DNA of 63,027 nucleotides, filler included, from Octopus bimaculoides (taxonomy: Eukaryota): the NCBI RefSeq assembly GCF_001194135.2. It is 5 parts of 5 records of this genome, joined end to end, with 100 filler letters (N's around TTAATTAATTAA, not from the genome) between each part and the next. Parts side by side here need not be neighbours in the genome. Positions count along the whole stretch, not along the records: positions 5,754 to 29,601 come from NC_068982.1; 4 more parts are not named here. One strand, written 5' to 3'. The notes under the pieces were generated by a model. The model worked only from the letters and a program-made list of their open reading frames with translations. It did not search any database and was not told the origin of the DNA. Numbering within the stretch: position 1 is the stretch's first letter; each line of letters begins with the position of its first letter. Positions 16,591 through 28,010 of this stretch are shown one piece after another. Position numbers and translations under genes: made by a program.

Positions 16591-17537
16591 ATATGTGCAC
16601 CAGCATGACCGCAGCCACTTGGCTGAAACACATAAATAAATAAATATATATATATANNNNNNNNNNNNNNNNNNNNNNNNNNNNNNNNNNNNNNNNNNNN
16701 NNNNNNNNNNNNNNNNNNNNNNNNNNNNNNNNNNNNNNNNNNNNNNNNNNNNNNNNNNNNNNNNNNNNNNNNNNNNNNNNNNNNNNNNNNNNNNNNNNNN
16801 NNNNNNNNNNNNNNNNNNNNNNNNNNNNNNNNNNNNNNNNNNNNNNNNNNNNNNNNNNNNNNNNNNNNNNNNNNNNNNNNNNNNNNNNNNNNNNNNNNNN
16901 NNNNNNNNNNNNNNNNNNNNNNNNNNNNNNNNNNNNNNNNNNNNNNNNNNNNNNNNNNNNNNNNNNNNNNNNNNNNNNNNNNNNNNNNNNNNNNNNNNNN
17001 NNNNNNNNNNNNNNNNNNNNNNNNNNNNNNNNNNNNNNNNNNNNNNNNNNNNNNNNNNNNNNNNNNNNNNNNNNNNNNNNNNNNNNNNNNNNNNNNNNNN
17101 NNNNNNNNNNNNNNNNNNNNNNNNNNNNNNNNNNNNNNNNNNNNNNNNNNNNNNNNNNNNNNNNNNNNNNNNNNNNNNNNNNNNNNNNNNNNNNNNNNNN
17201 NNNNNNNNNNNNNNNNNNNNNNNNNNNNNNNNNNNNNNNNNNNNNNNNNNNNNNNNNNNNNNNNNNNNNNNNNNNNNNNNNNNNNNNNNNNNNNNNNNNN
17301 NNNNNNNNNNNNNNNNNNNNNNNNNNNNNNNNNNNNNNNNNNNNNNNNNNNNNNNNNNNNNNNNNNNNNNNNNNNNNNNNNNNNNNNNNNNNNNNNNNNN
17401 NNNNNNNNNNNNNNNNNNNNNNNNNNNNNNNNNNNNNNNNNNNNNNNNNNNNNNNNNNNNNNNNNNNNNNNNNNNNNNNNNNNNNNNNNNNNNNNNNNNN
17501 NNNNNNNNNNNNNNNNNNNNNNNNNNNNNNNNNNNNN

Positions 17538-17760
17538 NTTTAAATTGAAAATCAAACAAGGTTTTTTTACTTTACAATTCAAAATAGAAATTTTAAAATA
17601 GAAAATGCTAAAGCAAAATTTTAAATTCAAAACAGAAAAGGAATTTACATTTTAATTGAAAATAGAATAAGATTTTCCTTTTAATTTAAAATAAAACAGT
17701 TTTTTACTTTTAAATTTAAAATGGAAAAGACTTTAAATGTAAATTTAAACAGAAATTTAA
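17538..17760. repeat. Degenerate AT-rich minisatellite (ttttaa[a/t]t[t/g]aaaatagaa units)
   Basis: Recurrent 30-40 bp units next to a gap. Confidence 0.55.
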
Positions 17761-18110
17761 TTTCTCCACCTGAGTATGAACTACAAAAGTGGACTATATA
17801 AATATATAGAAAGAAAGAAAAAGGGGCAAGAGAGCAAATATGAAATTAGACAAATATCTTAAGATCTCTAAAAAACTAGGAACAGTTCCCTTGACAAAGC
17901 TTAATCAAATTTCACTAACAAAGTTTTAGTCAACCCAAAGTTATATTACAAAATTCTTGCCTTAAAGTGCTGTGCAGTGGGATTGAGCCAACACCAGATG
18001 CGAAGCAAGAATCTTAGCAATACAGCCATATCACTACCCCTATTTAATAACAAAAAAATAATAAATAAAAATCAATGTTAGACCCCAAAATAATAGCTGA
18101 AAAGGCTTAC

Positions 18111-18196
18111 ATTTCTGACATCTCTCTTAAATCCTGATGACCATTTCGTCCATAATTCATCTTCAGAATGCTTGCGGTGGAAATATTTAACTCCAT
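18111..18196 (-). CDS. NOL8: NOL8-like exon E (phase 1 to 0): DGVKYFHRKHSEDELWTKWSSGFKRDVRN
   Basis: Strong acceptor tttgtatttcttcgttctcttatag and donor AAT|gtaagc; 86 nt. Continues the NOL8-like C-terminal block (RL-x-DG..F..W). No stop codon reached. Confidence 0.8.
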
Positions 18197-18526
18197 CTAT
18201 AAGAGAACGAAGAAATACAAATTATGGTATTGGTGTTGTTTAACCCCAGGTGAGCCCTGACTGAGCAAGGCTATTATCAAATGCATTCATACCATGACCA
18301 TCAAGTGGGCATTTTTTTCCAAGATATATTCCCAAGATTACATCATCCTAATTACACATACCTCCTCTTCTTAAGACAGCAAGATATAATTTCTAGGTTG
18401 AAAAATCACAAAGGACCAACAAGAAAGCCTTCACATAGTCACATGATCTACTAGAAATAGCCATCAAATTCCCCTAAAATTCACACTGTACCATCTTTAA
18501 AAAATGCCAACATATATATATATAAA

Positions 18527-19152
18527 GAGAATGAATGGGAGAATGAGAGTTTGCCGAATGTCAACCCAACAGAGGGACCAGCTATCCGAGTTGACAGTAC
18601 CTTGGTAGATAAAGCAATTAAGAGTATGAAGACAGGGAAAGCCCCCGGCCCATCAGGAATCACTGCAGAGATGTTCAAAATATCTGGCAGTGTCGACTAT
18701 AGCCTAGTCACCCATATAGCTAACCAGGTGATACATGAAGGAATCATACCCAATGACTGGTGTAGCAGCACCATAGTTAACTGCTACAAAGGTAAAGGTG
18801 ATGCTTTAGATACGAATAATTACAGAGCTATCAAGTTATTGCATCAGGTAATGAAAGTCATGGAGAGGGTCATAGCCCAACTAATTAGGGAGGGAGTCAG
18901 TTTGGGTTCGTGCCATGGAAAAGCACCACTAATGCTATATTTCTGGTAAGACAGCAGCAGGAGAAATGCCTAGCCAAAGATAAACCTCTGTACCTGGCTT
19001 TCGTTGACATGGAGAAAGCCTTTGACAGGGTCCCCCGATCCCTTATCTGGTGGTCAATGAGGAAACTAGGGATAGATGAATGGTTAGTGAGATCTGTGCA
19101 AGCCATGTACAGGGACGCTGTCAGTAAGGTGAGGGTTGGCAACGAGTACAAT
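18527..19152 (+). mobile_element. RTE LINE fragment (RT N-terminal half)
   Basis: AIKSMKTGKAPGPSGI, NYRAIKLL, FVDMEKAFDRVPR. Ends at a junction with a Nin-type SINE. Confidence 0.9.
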
Positions 19153-19415
19153 GAAAGGCAAAGTCAACCTCAGTGGTATTTGAACTCAGAATGTGAAGAC
19201 AGATGAAATATCACTAAAAGCACTTTGCCCAGCATGCTACTGATTCTGCCAGCTCGCCACCTTAATAATAATCCTTTCTACTGGACACACAAGGCCTCAA
19301 ATTTGTGGAAAGGGGACTAGTCAATTACAATGACCCCAGTACTCAACTGATACTTAATTTATTGACCCCGAAAGGTGACAAGCAAAGTCATCTTTAGTTG
19401 TATTTGATACTCTCC
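19153..19415 (-). mobile_element. Two Nin/Deu-like SINE halves in head-to-tail tandem
   Basis: 3' half (19263-19415) with ATT tail directly followed by a 5' half (19153-19262). Weaker copies at about 2790-2875(-), 45215-45345(-) and 57365-57505(+). Confidence 0.75.
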
Positions 19416-19829
19416 AAGTATGAGCGAAACATTCATTCTCCCAAACATTGCTGAATAGTTTTAGGAGTTGGACATTCACAGCTGGTTAGAGTCAAGTAAA
19501 CTGATTACTGATATTCATTTTGCTGACCTGGTGGTTGAGAATTTGAAGGGACATAACTAAATAGGTCATGTATTTTGCTTAGCACCATACACACTACCAT
19601 TTCAAAGAGAAAAAGAAAGAAGTGAGGAAGAAAAAGGAAGAAAATGGAAGAAAAGAAAAAAAGAAAGACAGAAATAAGAAAAATTAAGAGAAAGTGTATA
19701 AGAAGGAAAAGAGCATGAGAGAGAGGTAGGATTGCAGAGGAAGAGGTGGTATTGAAGTAACAGTAGTAAGAGGAGGAGATGATATTAATGACAATAGAAG
19801 TTGACAGATAAAGCAATGGTCCCACTTAC

Positions 19830-19951
19830 CAGACAATCTAGGATCATCACTGCTAAAGAAAAAGGTTCTGTCTGGTTTTGGCATAGACGTCTTCGCCATC
19901 GTCATCGGTGTTCCTACTGGTGTAGGAGTATAGTGATATGTGACAGCAGCT
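19830..19951 (-). CDS. NOL8: NOL8-like exon D (phase 2 to 1): AAVTYHYTPTPVGTPMTMAKTSMPKPDRTFFFSSDDPRLS
   Basis: Acceptor tttatttccaacctttgcag and donor CTG|gtaagt; 122 nt. RTFFFSSDDPRL matches the recalled NOL8 C-terminal motif RFFFFSKNDERL. Confidence 0.85.
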
Positions 19952-20124
19952 CTGCAAAGGTTGGAAATAAATATTTCTATGAAGACAATGGCAAGGATGA
20001 CAGCAGTTTGATGTCTTGCTAACAAAACAGGTTTTTGTTTTAAGCAAGATAGAACTTCTATGCCAACTTTTTGTACTTTACTGTCACAACTTCTAAATAG
20101 CAGGAACTACTAAATTATTGGTTA

Positions 20125-20538
20125 ACACGAAACTCGGCTTGTGAAGACCTGTTGGGACAAGCGAAAGCGAAATCGTGATGGCTCCTGTGCCCAGCGTCGC
20201 CTTCCTGGCACTTGTGCTGGTGGCACGTGTAAAGACATTCGAGTGAGATTGTTGCCAGTGCCGCTGGACTGGCTCTTGTGCAGGTGGCACGCAAAATACA
20301 CCATTTTGAGCGTGGCCATTGCCAGTACCGCCTGAATGGCCATTGTGCCAGTGGCACGTAAAAGCACCCACTACACTCTCGGAGTGGTTGGCGTTAGGAA
20401 GGGCATCCAGCTGTAGAAACTCTGCCAAATCAGATTGGAGCTTGGTGTAGCCATCTGGTTCACCAGTCCTCAGTCAAATCGTCCAACCCATGCTAGCATG
20501 GAAAGTGGACGTTAAACGATGATGATGATGATGATGAT
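20125..20538 (+). mobile_element. RTE 3'UTR-only copy (or RTE-tailed SINE) with (GAT)n tail
   Basis: Shares gtggcacgtaaaagcacccactacactctcggagtggttggcgttaggaagggcatccagc and the tail with 29030-29210. Confidence 0.8.
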
Positions 20539-20579
20539 TACAAAGTATTTACTGAGACGAGTCAAGAATATCTGTATAC

Positions 20580-21442
20580 ATGCTAGTTTGTGGCATGTAT
20601 ATCATAACTGAAGCAATTCAAGCCATGGAAGGTACTCATGAAGTTGGTAGAATCAGAGTAGTTGGTGTGCTGACATATTGTGCATTGCTTCACTCCATGT
20701 GGCAATTGAAAGTTGCACAGATGAATGGGCAATGTAGTCTAATTCAGGAGCTTATGCTTTCTCAGACCAAACTAGACTATAATGTCACAGAAACAACCCA
20801 AACATTTGTTGTATGAAAAATGAAAACACAGTTGATCACAGTAGAGGAACCAGATGGTTCAAGAAATTTAGCTGATCATTAAGGTTGCAAGAACCTTAAT
20901 GATCAGGCAAGGTTAAGTAGGCCTAAAAACCATGCATTCTGAAGCTGTGCACCAAGCATAGAGGCAAATCCAGTGACTAGCACTCAGAGAGTATCAGATA
21001 AGTTCAACATTTCATGAATGTGTGCCATTGTGCAGCAAAAATATCCAGAATGCAAGCTCTTCTGTTGCAAGATAACACAAGACTTCACACCACTTGAACA
21101 ACCCAGAATAAACTCCTGGAAATTTGAGGGAATTGAACTGATGCCACACCCAGCATGTAGTATGGATCTAGCTCTCTTGAACTATTTGTTCTGACCCATG
21201 GCTCACTTTCCGTGCTCATGGCGTTTCATCAATCTAGAGGAGGTTGAAGCTTCAGTGAAGAAGTTCTTCCCCTCAAAAGACAAAAACTTGTATCAGTGTG
21301 GGATCAAAGAACTGGCAGAAAAGTGACTTCAGACAATGCAATACGATGGCCTCTACTTTGAATGCTCTGCTGCTTTTGGTGTAACTTGAATAAAACAAAT
21401 AAGTAACCAAAATATTGCAAAACTTTTGATGCAACACAATAT
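20580..21442 (+). mobile_element. Decayed mariner pieces (HTH region and C-terminal DDE region)
   Basis: RWFKKF..GCKNLNDQAR..RP; ELMPHPACSMDLA..YLF; YQCGIKELAEK..DGLYFE. TIR-like end near 21441. Confidence 0.7.
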
Positions 21443-21459
21443 TTCAGACATATTACAAT

Positions 21460-21490
<31 letters not shown>

Positions 21491-21975
21491 AAAACACACA
21501 TGAAAATATGAATATATAATGACTGTGCAGTTAAAATTGCTGTGTAAGCATGTGGTTTTGGATTAACTCCCACTGTGCAGCAACTTGAAGTGTTTTCTGC
21601 AATAATCCTGGGAAAACTGACCAATGCCAGCTGGTTTCAGTCACTGAATTGTAGCCTTGCTGGAGCAGTACCTACATGTTTTTAGTCAACCACACAATTT
21701 TGTTTGCTATTTATCTCATAAGCTACAAAATAGAGAGTGGTATAAGGAGAAATAACTCATATGTATTTCCACTCAAATGTGCCAGTTCTAACTCCACACA
21801 CACACACATATCAGTGTGGTGTGAAAACTGGTATATACACATCAGCAGGCTTCTACATAGTTTTTGTCTGTTAAATTTTACTTACAAGGTTATGGCAGAA
21901 GATGCCCATGACTTCTTAACTAAACAACCATGTCTGAACCCAAAATCTGAATGGAAAACAATAAAATTTACATAC

Positions 21976-22078
21976 GTGTTTTTGAGTTGTTGACCTCTGA
22001 CCTCTGTTTCATCACATTCTTCACTACTACTACTTTCATCGGAATATTCATATTGTTCCCTAGTTTCGATTGGTTCAT
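21976..22078 (-). CDS. NOL8: NOL8-like exon C (phase 1 to 2): DEPIETREQYEYSDESSSSEECDETEVRGQQLKNT
   Basis: Acceptor ctctctgttctgtttcaattag and donor CAC|gtatgt; 103 nt. Acidic DESSSSEE tract like NOL8 DSSSEEED. Phases fit both neighbours. Confidence 0.8.
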
Positions 22079-23497
22079 CTAATTGAAACAGAACAGAGAG
22101 GAGATGCCATGTTGTAAATATAATCAAAACTGACTGTGTGGTTGGGAAATGGTGACTCTTCTAGTGTATGAAGTTGTTACTTAAACTCAAACCAGCCTTA
22201 ATCCAAAAGACCATCTTGTTGTTTTAGAGGCATCTAGGAGTACATTATCTAATGGGCATCTCTACCACCATTGTTTTAATGTCGGTTTCATCATCAAATT
22301 ATTTCAGTTTAACTTGAAACAAGATATCAGTTTATCCCTAATTTTAAGTTAAATGTATATAATAATATTACAGCTTACAATATTATAAATCCAAACTGTT
22401 GTCCAGTCTTTCAAATTCAGCATTGACACTGCCAAAATAATGCTACTGATTGTCTGCTCAGAGAGACATACAACTATCCAGCTAATGTGATATCTCATGT
22501 TTATACTGAGTATTTTTGGTTTATTATCAACAGACCTATGACGGATGTAAACTGTTTGAAAGACTTCTTTTTGTTTGAAGTATGTCAACTTATGATTTAA
22601 ACAAAAGTTCCATTTTAAAGATAGATGCGTTATGGAAAATATAGTGACTATATAGAGAGGGTCAAGTGACTACATAAAAGCTCGCTCATAGTGTGGGATG
22701 GATACAAATATTTTGTCTATATCAATACACATTGTAGATTAAGAAAAGCTTTCAGTTGCTCCTACATCTCTTAGTATCAGAAGGAACAGCAAGTACAATG
22801 ACTATAGAAATATAAGAGAGCACAGTGAAGGTGTGGTTGTGTAGTTTAAATGTTCACTTTGTAGTCCATGTGATTTCAGGTTTCATTCGTCTGCACAGCA
22901 CTTTGGGCATGTGTCTTTTACCACAGCTTTAGGCTGATCAAAATTTTGTGGGTGATATTTAGTAAATGGAAACTGTGTGGAAGCCCATCCTGTTTTTCAG
23001 GAGTAGACTTAATCCATCACTCAGTTTAATATTACCCACTGACCGTGGGTTCCTTTAACAGAGTTTGCTCTATTACAAGCATTAAGTCACATCTCCAATT
23101 TAACAATAACGTCCTTTCTCTCAACAGTTTCATAGATCCTGCAAAAAGAGGTTATGAGCACTGCGCTTCCTCCACCGGTTAAGCCATAAAAAATATTAGC
23201 TGATCTGGAAAGAAGATTATTTTATTCACAACAGGCTAATAGAGTCTACTGGCTGCTATACTTCACTGACTGGTTAAAGCTAAGATATTTACAATTCCTG
23301 TTGTGACATACTAACAGGAATGGTAAGGAAGAAAAAGAATCAGATGAAAACAGTAAACAAGAGTGGAAATGTGATATCACTGACAGAACTTACAATGGAT
23401 AGAAGCAAATTGTATATGACATCACGGTCACAGAGATGATCAAGTGCTCCACAATTTGAAATTAAAAAGGAAAAAGATACTGAAAATAAGTACCTAC

Positions 23498-23643
23498 CTT
23501 CATTTTCCTGATCTTCAGAAGTTTTACTTTTACTAAACAAAGACAACAGTGAGAAAGAAGTACCATCTGTCGATCTAAATGATGTAGCAATCGATTTTTC
23601 AACATGAAAATATTTCTCTTTGTTAGTTTCAGATCCTTTAGCA
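23498..23643 (-). CDS. NOL8: NOL8-like exon B (phase 2 to 1): AKGSETNKEKYFHVEKSIATSFRSTDGTSFSLLSLFSKSKTSEDQENE
   Basis: Poly-T acceptor ...ttcttag and donor GAAG|gtaggt; 146 nt. ETNKEKYFHV resembles the NOL8 EVSKE-x-[YF]Y motif, followed by an FS-rich motif. Confidence 0.8.
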
Positions 23644-23719
23644 CTAAGAAAAAAAAAAAGTAAAAACAATATACTATATCAAACAACAGTAATACATGTT
23701 CAAATCATTAAACTTTCCA

Positions 23720-24022
23720 GTGTTGGGCCTCATAGAGGCAATGACTGAGACCTTTCACATTAGGTTTTGCTTGAAAAGAAGACCCATCAAGCCGAGCAAA
23801 ATCTCTGTCATGGCAGATACCAGTGTCACGCAAATGGCACCCGTGCCAGTGGCACATAAAAGTACCCATTACACTCTCAGAGTGATTGGCATTAGGAAGG
23901 GCATCCAGCCATAGAAAACCATACCAACTCAGACTGGAATCTGGTGCAGCCTTCCAACTGTCCAACCCATGCCAGCTTAGACAATAGGTATTAAATGATG
24001 ATGATGATGATGATGATGATAA
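23720..24022 (+). mobile_element. RTE 3'UTR-only copy with (GAT)n tail
   Basis: Same 3' block as 20350-20538, more diverged. Confidence 0.75.
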
Positions 24023-24129
24023 CAATGATTTTTAAAACATTTCAAAGTTGAGTTTTCACAGGTGGAATTTTTTGATTACTGATGGAAGTTTTTTTATACA
24101 CTTGTTGGACAACAAATATGTAATATATA

Positions 24130-25389
24130 TTGGGTCATCTCATAAATAATGCAGTTTTTTTCAATTGCATGAACTAAAAGTTTAAAGAGGACAGGATAAA
24201 CTACTTGCATCAACTTGCTATAAAAGCAGGTAGTAATTTTACCTTATCCTTATTCTTAGTGCAAGTTTTGAAGAGTGCAGTTCGATTTTAACAGTTACTT
24301 TTTCAAAGCTATAATGGAAGTGACAAAGGAGCATATTCAGCATATTTTCCTTTATGAGTTCAATAAAGGCAACAATGCAACGGAAAGTGTGAGGAATATT
24401 AATACAGTATATGTGGATCAAACAATAAGCATAAACCAGTGTCAGTGGTTCCAGAAATTCTGAGCCAGAAACTACAGCCTAGATGAGCCGCATCGTGGAA
24501 GATCTGTAAACCTTGATGAGGACATGCTGTAAACCCTGGAGGAACAAAATTCTATCGTAACTGTTGAGGAACTAACAGAGAATCTTGGACTTAGTCATTC
24601 AACCATTCATTGATATCTGCATGTCATCAGAAAAGTCAGCAAATTGGGTCAGTGGGTTCCTCATAAACTTTCCGAGTCTAATTGTGCACAGAGAGTGAAT
24701 ATGTGCTCTTCTCTGTTGTCACATCTCACAAATGAACCATTTTTAGACCACATAGTGGCTGGTGACAATAAATCTGTTCTCTTTAAAAAATGTCAAGCGC
24801 CGAAGATAGTAGGTAGGAAAAGGAGAAATGCCAGCATCCCAGGCTAGAGGTCTTCACTCACGTAAAGTATTATTATCTGTTTGAAAGGTTTAATCCACTT
24901 TGAACTTTTAAACCCCAAACCAAACAATAACAAAGATCTACTGTGAGCAGCTTAAGTCAGCACTAGAAGAAAAACTACCATCTTTGGTTTCAAGACGAAA
25001 GGTGTTCTTTAATCAGGATAATGTGCAGCCACATACAGCAAGGATGATATTCCAAACGCTGGAGCAATTTGAATGGGAAATAATGCCCCACTCACCATAT
25101 TCACCGGACATCGTCCCATCTAATTATCATTTATTCCGTAGTCTTCAAAATCATTTGGGCAGAAAAAATATGAATTCTGTAGATGAGATCAGAGCAGTAC
25201 TGGAGGAGTATTTTTCGTCATGGATCAGTGAATTTTGGAAGAGGAGCCTTGCAAGTGTAGTAGATAGATGCAAGAGCATTGTAGAAAATGAAGGAGAGTA
25301 TATTTTAGATTAAAAAAGAACACCGTTTATCTTAATTTTGAAAAATAAAAGAAGTATATAAAAACTGCATTATTTATTGGATGACCCAA
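24130..25389 (+). mobile_element. Near full-length mariner DNA transposon; transposase is a pseudogene
   Basis: TIRs ttgggtcatctcataaataatgcagttttt and aaaaactgcattatttattggatgacccaa, TA at both ends. MEVTKEHIQHIFLYEF start (24314), WVPHKL, QDNVQPH, HSPYSPDIVPSNY motifs; stops and frameshifts. Confidence 0.93.
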
Positions 25390-26169
25390 TAACTACAAAC
25401 TAATACACTGTAAAATTATTATATCACTAATCAGACTGATCAATTAGCAGGATTAAAAAACAATTGGTCTAAACACATTGCAGTATTTGATTATGTCTCT
25501 GAGTACTGAGTTCAAACGCTAATGGTGTCAACAACATCAGTGACCCTTTTGGTACCTCAGTAGCTGGTGGGAAGAAGTTATTCTCAGATCAGAGAAGTGG
25601 CTCAAATGCTTGCCTTAAGTGGACTATGCTAAAGACACGCATGAGCCAAGTTGTGGCTTTAAACTGGGTGATGGATTTAAATCAGCTATCCAAGAATAGG
25701 AACAGTTCCTCTGACAGGCTTCTAGATAGTTTCCATCTACTAAATTTCAGATACAAGGCTTAGATTGACCTAAGGCTATGATAGATGACATTTTCACAAG
25801 AAGCTGTGCAGTGAGATTGAATTCAAAACCACGAAGTGGCAATGTAAACTTCTTTATAGATGCTTGTAGCCATAACTTCATCCACTTTTCATATTTCATA
25901 GGTCAATAAATTAAACACCAGTCAAAGTACTTGGTTGATCAAACCAACTGTTTCCTGTCTCTTCCCAAAAATGTGTCCCTGTGTCATTTATAGAAAACAT
26001 TATCATCCTAATGGTCACTAGAGAAACTATAATTCTAAATTCCAATGAGACTATGGGATTAATAGAACCAGGAAATATTTTCTTTTCTTTCATTAATAGA
26101 ACCAGGAAATATTTTCTTTTCTTTCCGTTTTACTAAAGATGTACTGCTATGAAAATTAGGGAGTTTATT

Positions 26170-26400
26170 TAGAAGTAGCCAAATTACTCATCTGTCAGTT
26201 GTTAAAAAGAAGAAAATTAGATGGGTTGGTCCTATAAAGCAATGTCATGATACACTATTTCTTAAGAATATGGTCATGTTTGAACAAACTCTGGTTGAAA
26301 GTTTAAGAAGACCACAAATGAGTTAGTTGAGCAAAATCAAGAAATGAAAGGGGTGGAAGAGAATGGAAAACTTAAGGCTTGTTGATGACTGGGAAAGATG
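26170..26400 (+). mobile_element. Old RTE C-terminal relic
   Basis: VVKKKKIRWVGPI..LRRP (VKRRKLRWFGH..RGRP-like). Confidence 0.4.
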
Positions 26401-26909
26401 AAGGCTACAGCTTAATAACAGGGGGGGGGGGCTTCTCTTTTCACCTCTCACTTCATTATGCTACTGAATTTTGGAACAGCTGAGTATTCCACAGGGTGAT
26501 GTTTCCAAACCAGTGATCCTTCTAATGAAAAATAACACTATAGCCATGAAGGAAAGTTGAACTTAATACTGCAAGCCAACAAACCATTCATGAATTTTTA
26601 CACTACTGTCATTGATATGGTAGCTACTTACAAATAAAAAGGTAAATAATGGAATAGGCCTAGGGTTCAAATCAAGCCACTGGTTTGCAGGGAAAACACT
26701 TTATCCTACATTACCTACAGTACTCAATAGGAATATGCAACAGATGATCTAATATGATACAAATATATCAAGTTCATGTTGGAAGGGTATCCATCCACAA
26801 GAACTAAATCAACAAAAATGATAGACACAACAACTGGCAGTTTACTTTGTGATACAGAAGAACTGTGACAGGTAGCAGGATGCTGTACTGGTACAGACCT
26901 GTCCAAACT

Positions 26910-27530
26910 GGTATCAGGACAAAATCCCCCAGGACAAATTTTAAACAAAAATATCAACTAATATTTTTAATAAAATTTCAGTTTCCTAAAATATTTTTAT
27001 TATAGGCGCAGGAGTGGCTGTGTGGTAAGTAGCTTGCTTACCAACCACATGGTTCTGGGTTCAGTCCCACTGCGTGGCACCTCGGGCAAGTGTCTTCTAC
27101 TATAGCCTCGGGCCGACCAAAGCCTTGTGAGTAGATATGGCAGACAGAAACTGAAAGAAGCCCGTCGTATATATGTATATATATATGTATGTTTGTATAT
27201 GTTTGTGTGTCTGTGTTTGTCCCCACAACTTCACTTGACAACCGAGGGTGGTGTGTTTACGTCCCCATAACTTAGTGGTTCGGCAAAAAGAGACTGATAG
27301 AATAAGTACTAGGCTTACAAAGAATAAGTCCTGGGGTCGATCTGCTCGACTAAAAGGCGGTGCCCCAGCATGGCCGCAGTCAAATGACTGAAACAAGTAA
27401 AAGAGTAAAAGAGAGTAAAGAGTATAAAGAAAGCACAATATCCCAGGGGGTATTGACTGCCAGGGAATTTTGTCTAAGGATATTTTGTCTAGTGGGGATT
27501 TTGTCTGGGGGAAGATTTTGTCTTAGTATC
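26910..27530. mobile_element. Foldback/MULE-like MITE with modular GGATTTTGTC termini, interrupted by a SINE
   Basis: Inverted termini ggtatcaggacaaaatcccccaggacaaa and ttttgtctgggggaagattttgtcttagtatc. Putative 9-bp TSD gtccaaact/atccaaacc. Confidence 0.6.
27004..27428 (+). mobile_element. Full-length composite tRNA/CORE-like SINE with internal (TA)/(TG) microsatellite
   Basis: Head aggcgcaggagtggctgtgtggtaag (A box) and gggttcagtccc (B box); CORE-like ccttgggcaagtgtctt; conserved second half; (gtaaaaga)n tail. Many copies in the window. Confidence 0.9.
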
Positions 27531-27604
27531 ATCCAAACCATTCTATCATCTCGCAAAAGAGATATACACATATATAAAGATATGTAATATTGTTATCAAC
27601 TTAC

Positions 27605-27712
27605 CTGAATGATGTTTCAGACTTTGCTGCTTTCTTTTTCTTTCTTTTACGTTTTTGTGAACTTTGGACAATATTCTGTTGATTAAGTTCTACTTTAGGG
27701 CTGGCCAAATTT
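27605..27712 (-). CDS. NOL8: NOL8-like internal exon A (phase 2 to 2): NLASPKVELNQQNIVQSSQKRKRKKKKAAKSETSF
   Basis: Acceptor cttttccattattttgtag and donor CAG|gtaagt. Only one open frame. Basic KRKRKKKK tract resembles NOL8 KAKRKKKRE. Phase matches exon B. Confidence 0.75.
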
Positions 27713-28010
27713 CTACAAAATAATGGAAAAGATCATTACGTTTAGATGAATTCTCCAGATAAACATGGGTGAGATATCATATAATCATTTCTTTAACATC
27801 CACTTTTCCATACTTGCATGGATCAGATGGAATTCATGGAAGGAGATTTTCTATGGTCAAATGCCCTTCCTGTCACCAACCCACACATTTCCAAACAAGG
27901 TAATATTTTCACATGGATGGATATGTTTACATAGAAAACTGTAAGATGGTGATGCCTGGTTATCTCATAATATCAAGACAAGATGACACACTCACACACA
28001 CACATACATA

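Noticed and set aside
17735-17830. Polypyrimidine tract with three AG acceptors as the NOL8 terminal exon
   Set aside because: The phase-0 products (STFVVHTQ.., FILRWRN*, VEKLNF..) lack the expected basic KHK-type ending. Not excluded, but unsupported.
18130-18170. Minus-strand CTGAAGA..GAAA..GTC
   Set aside because: Stem II cannot pair; it is coding sequence of NOL8 exon E.
26715-26748. 34-nt candidate exon DHLLHIPIEYC with a good donor
   Set aside because: It starts in phase 1, incompatible with exon A (phase 2). Exons A and B already join in frame with NOL8-like spacing.
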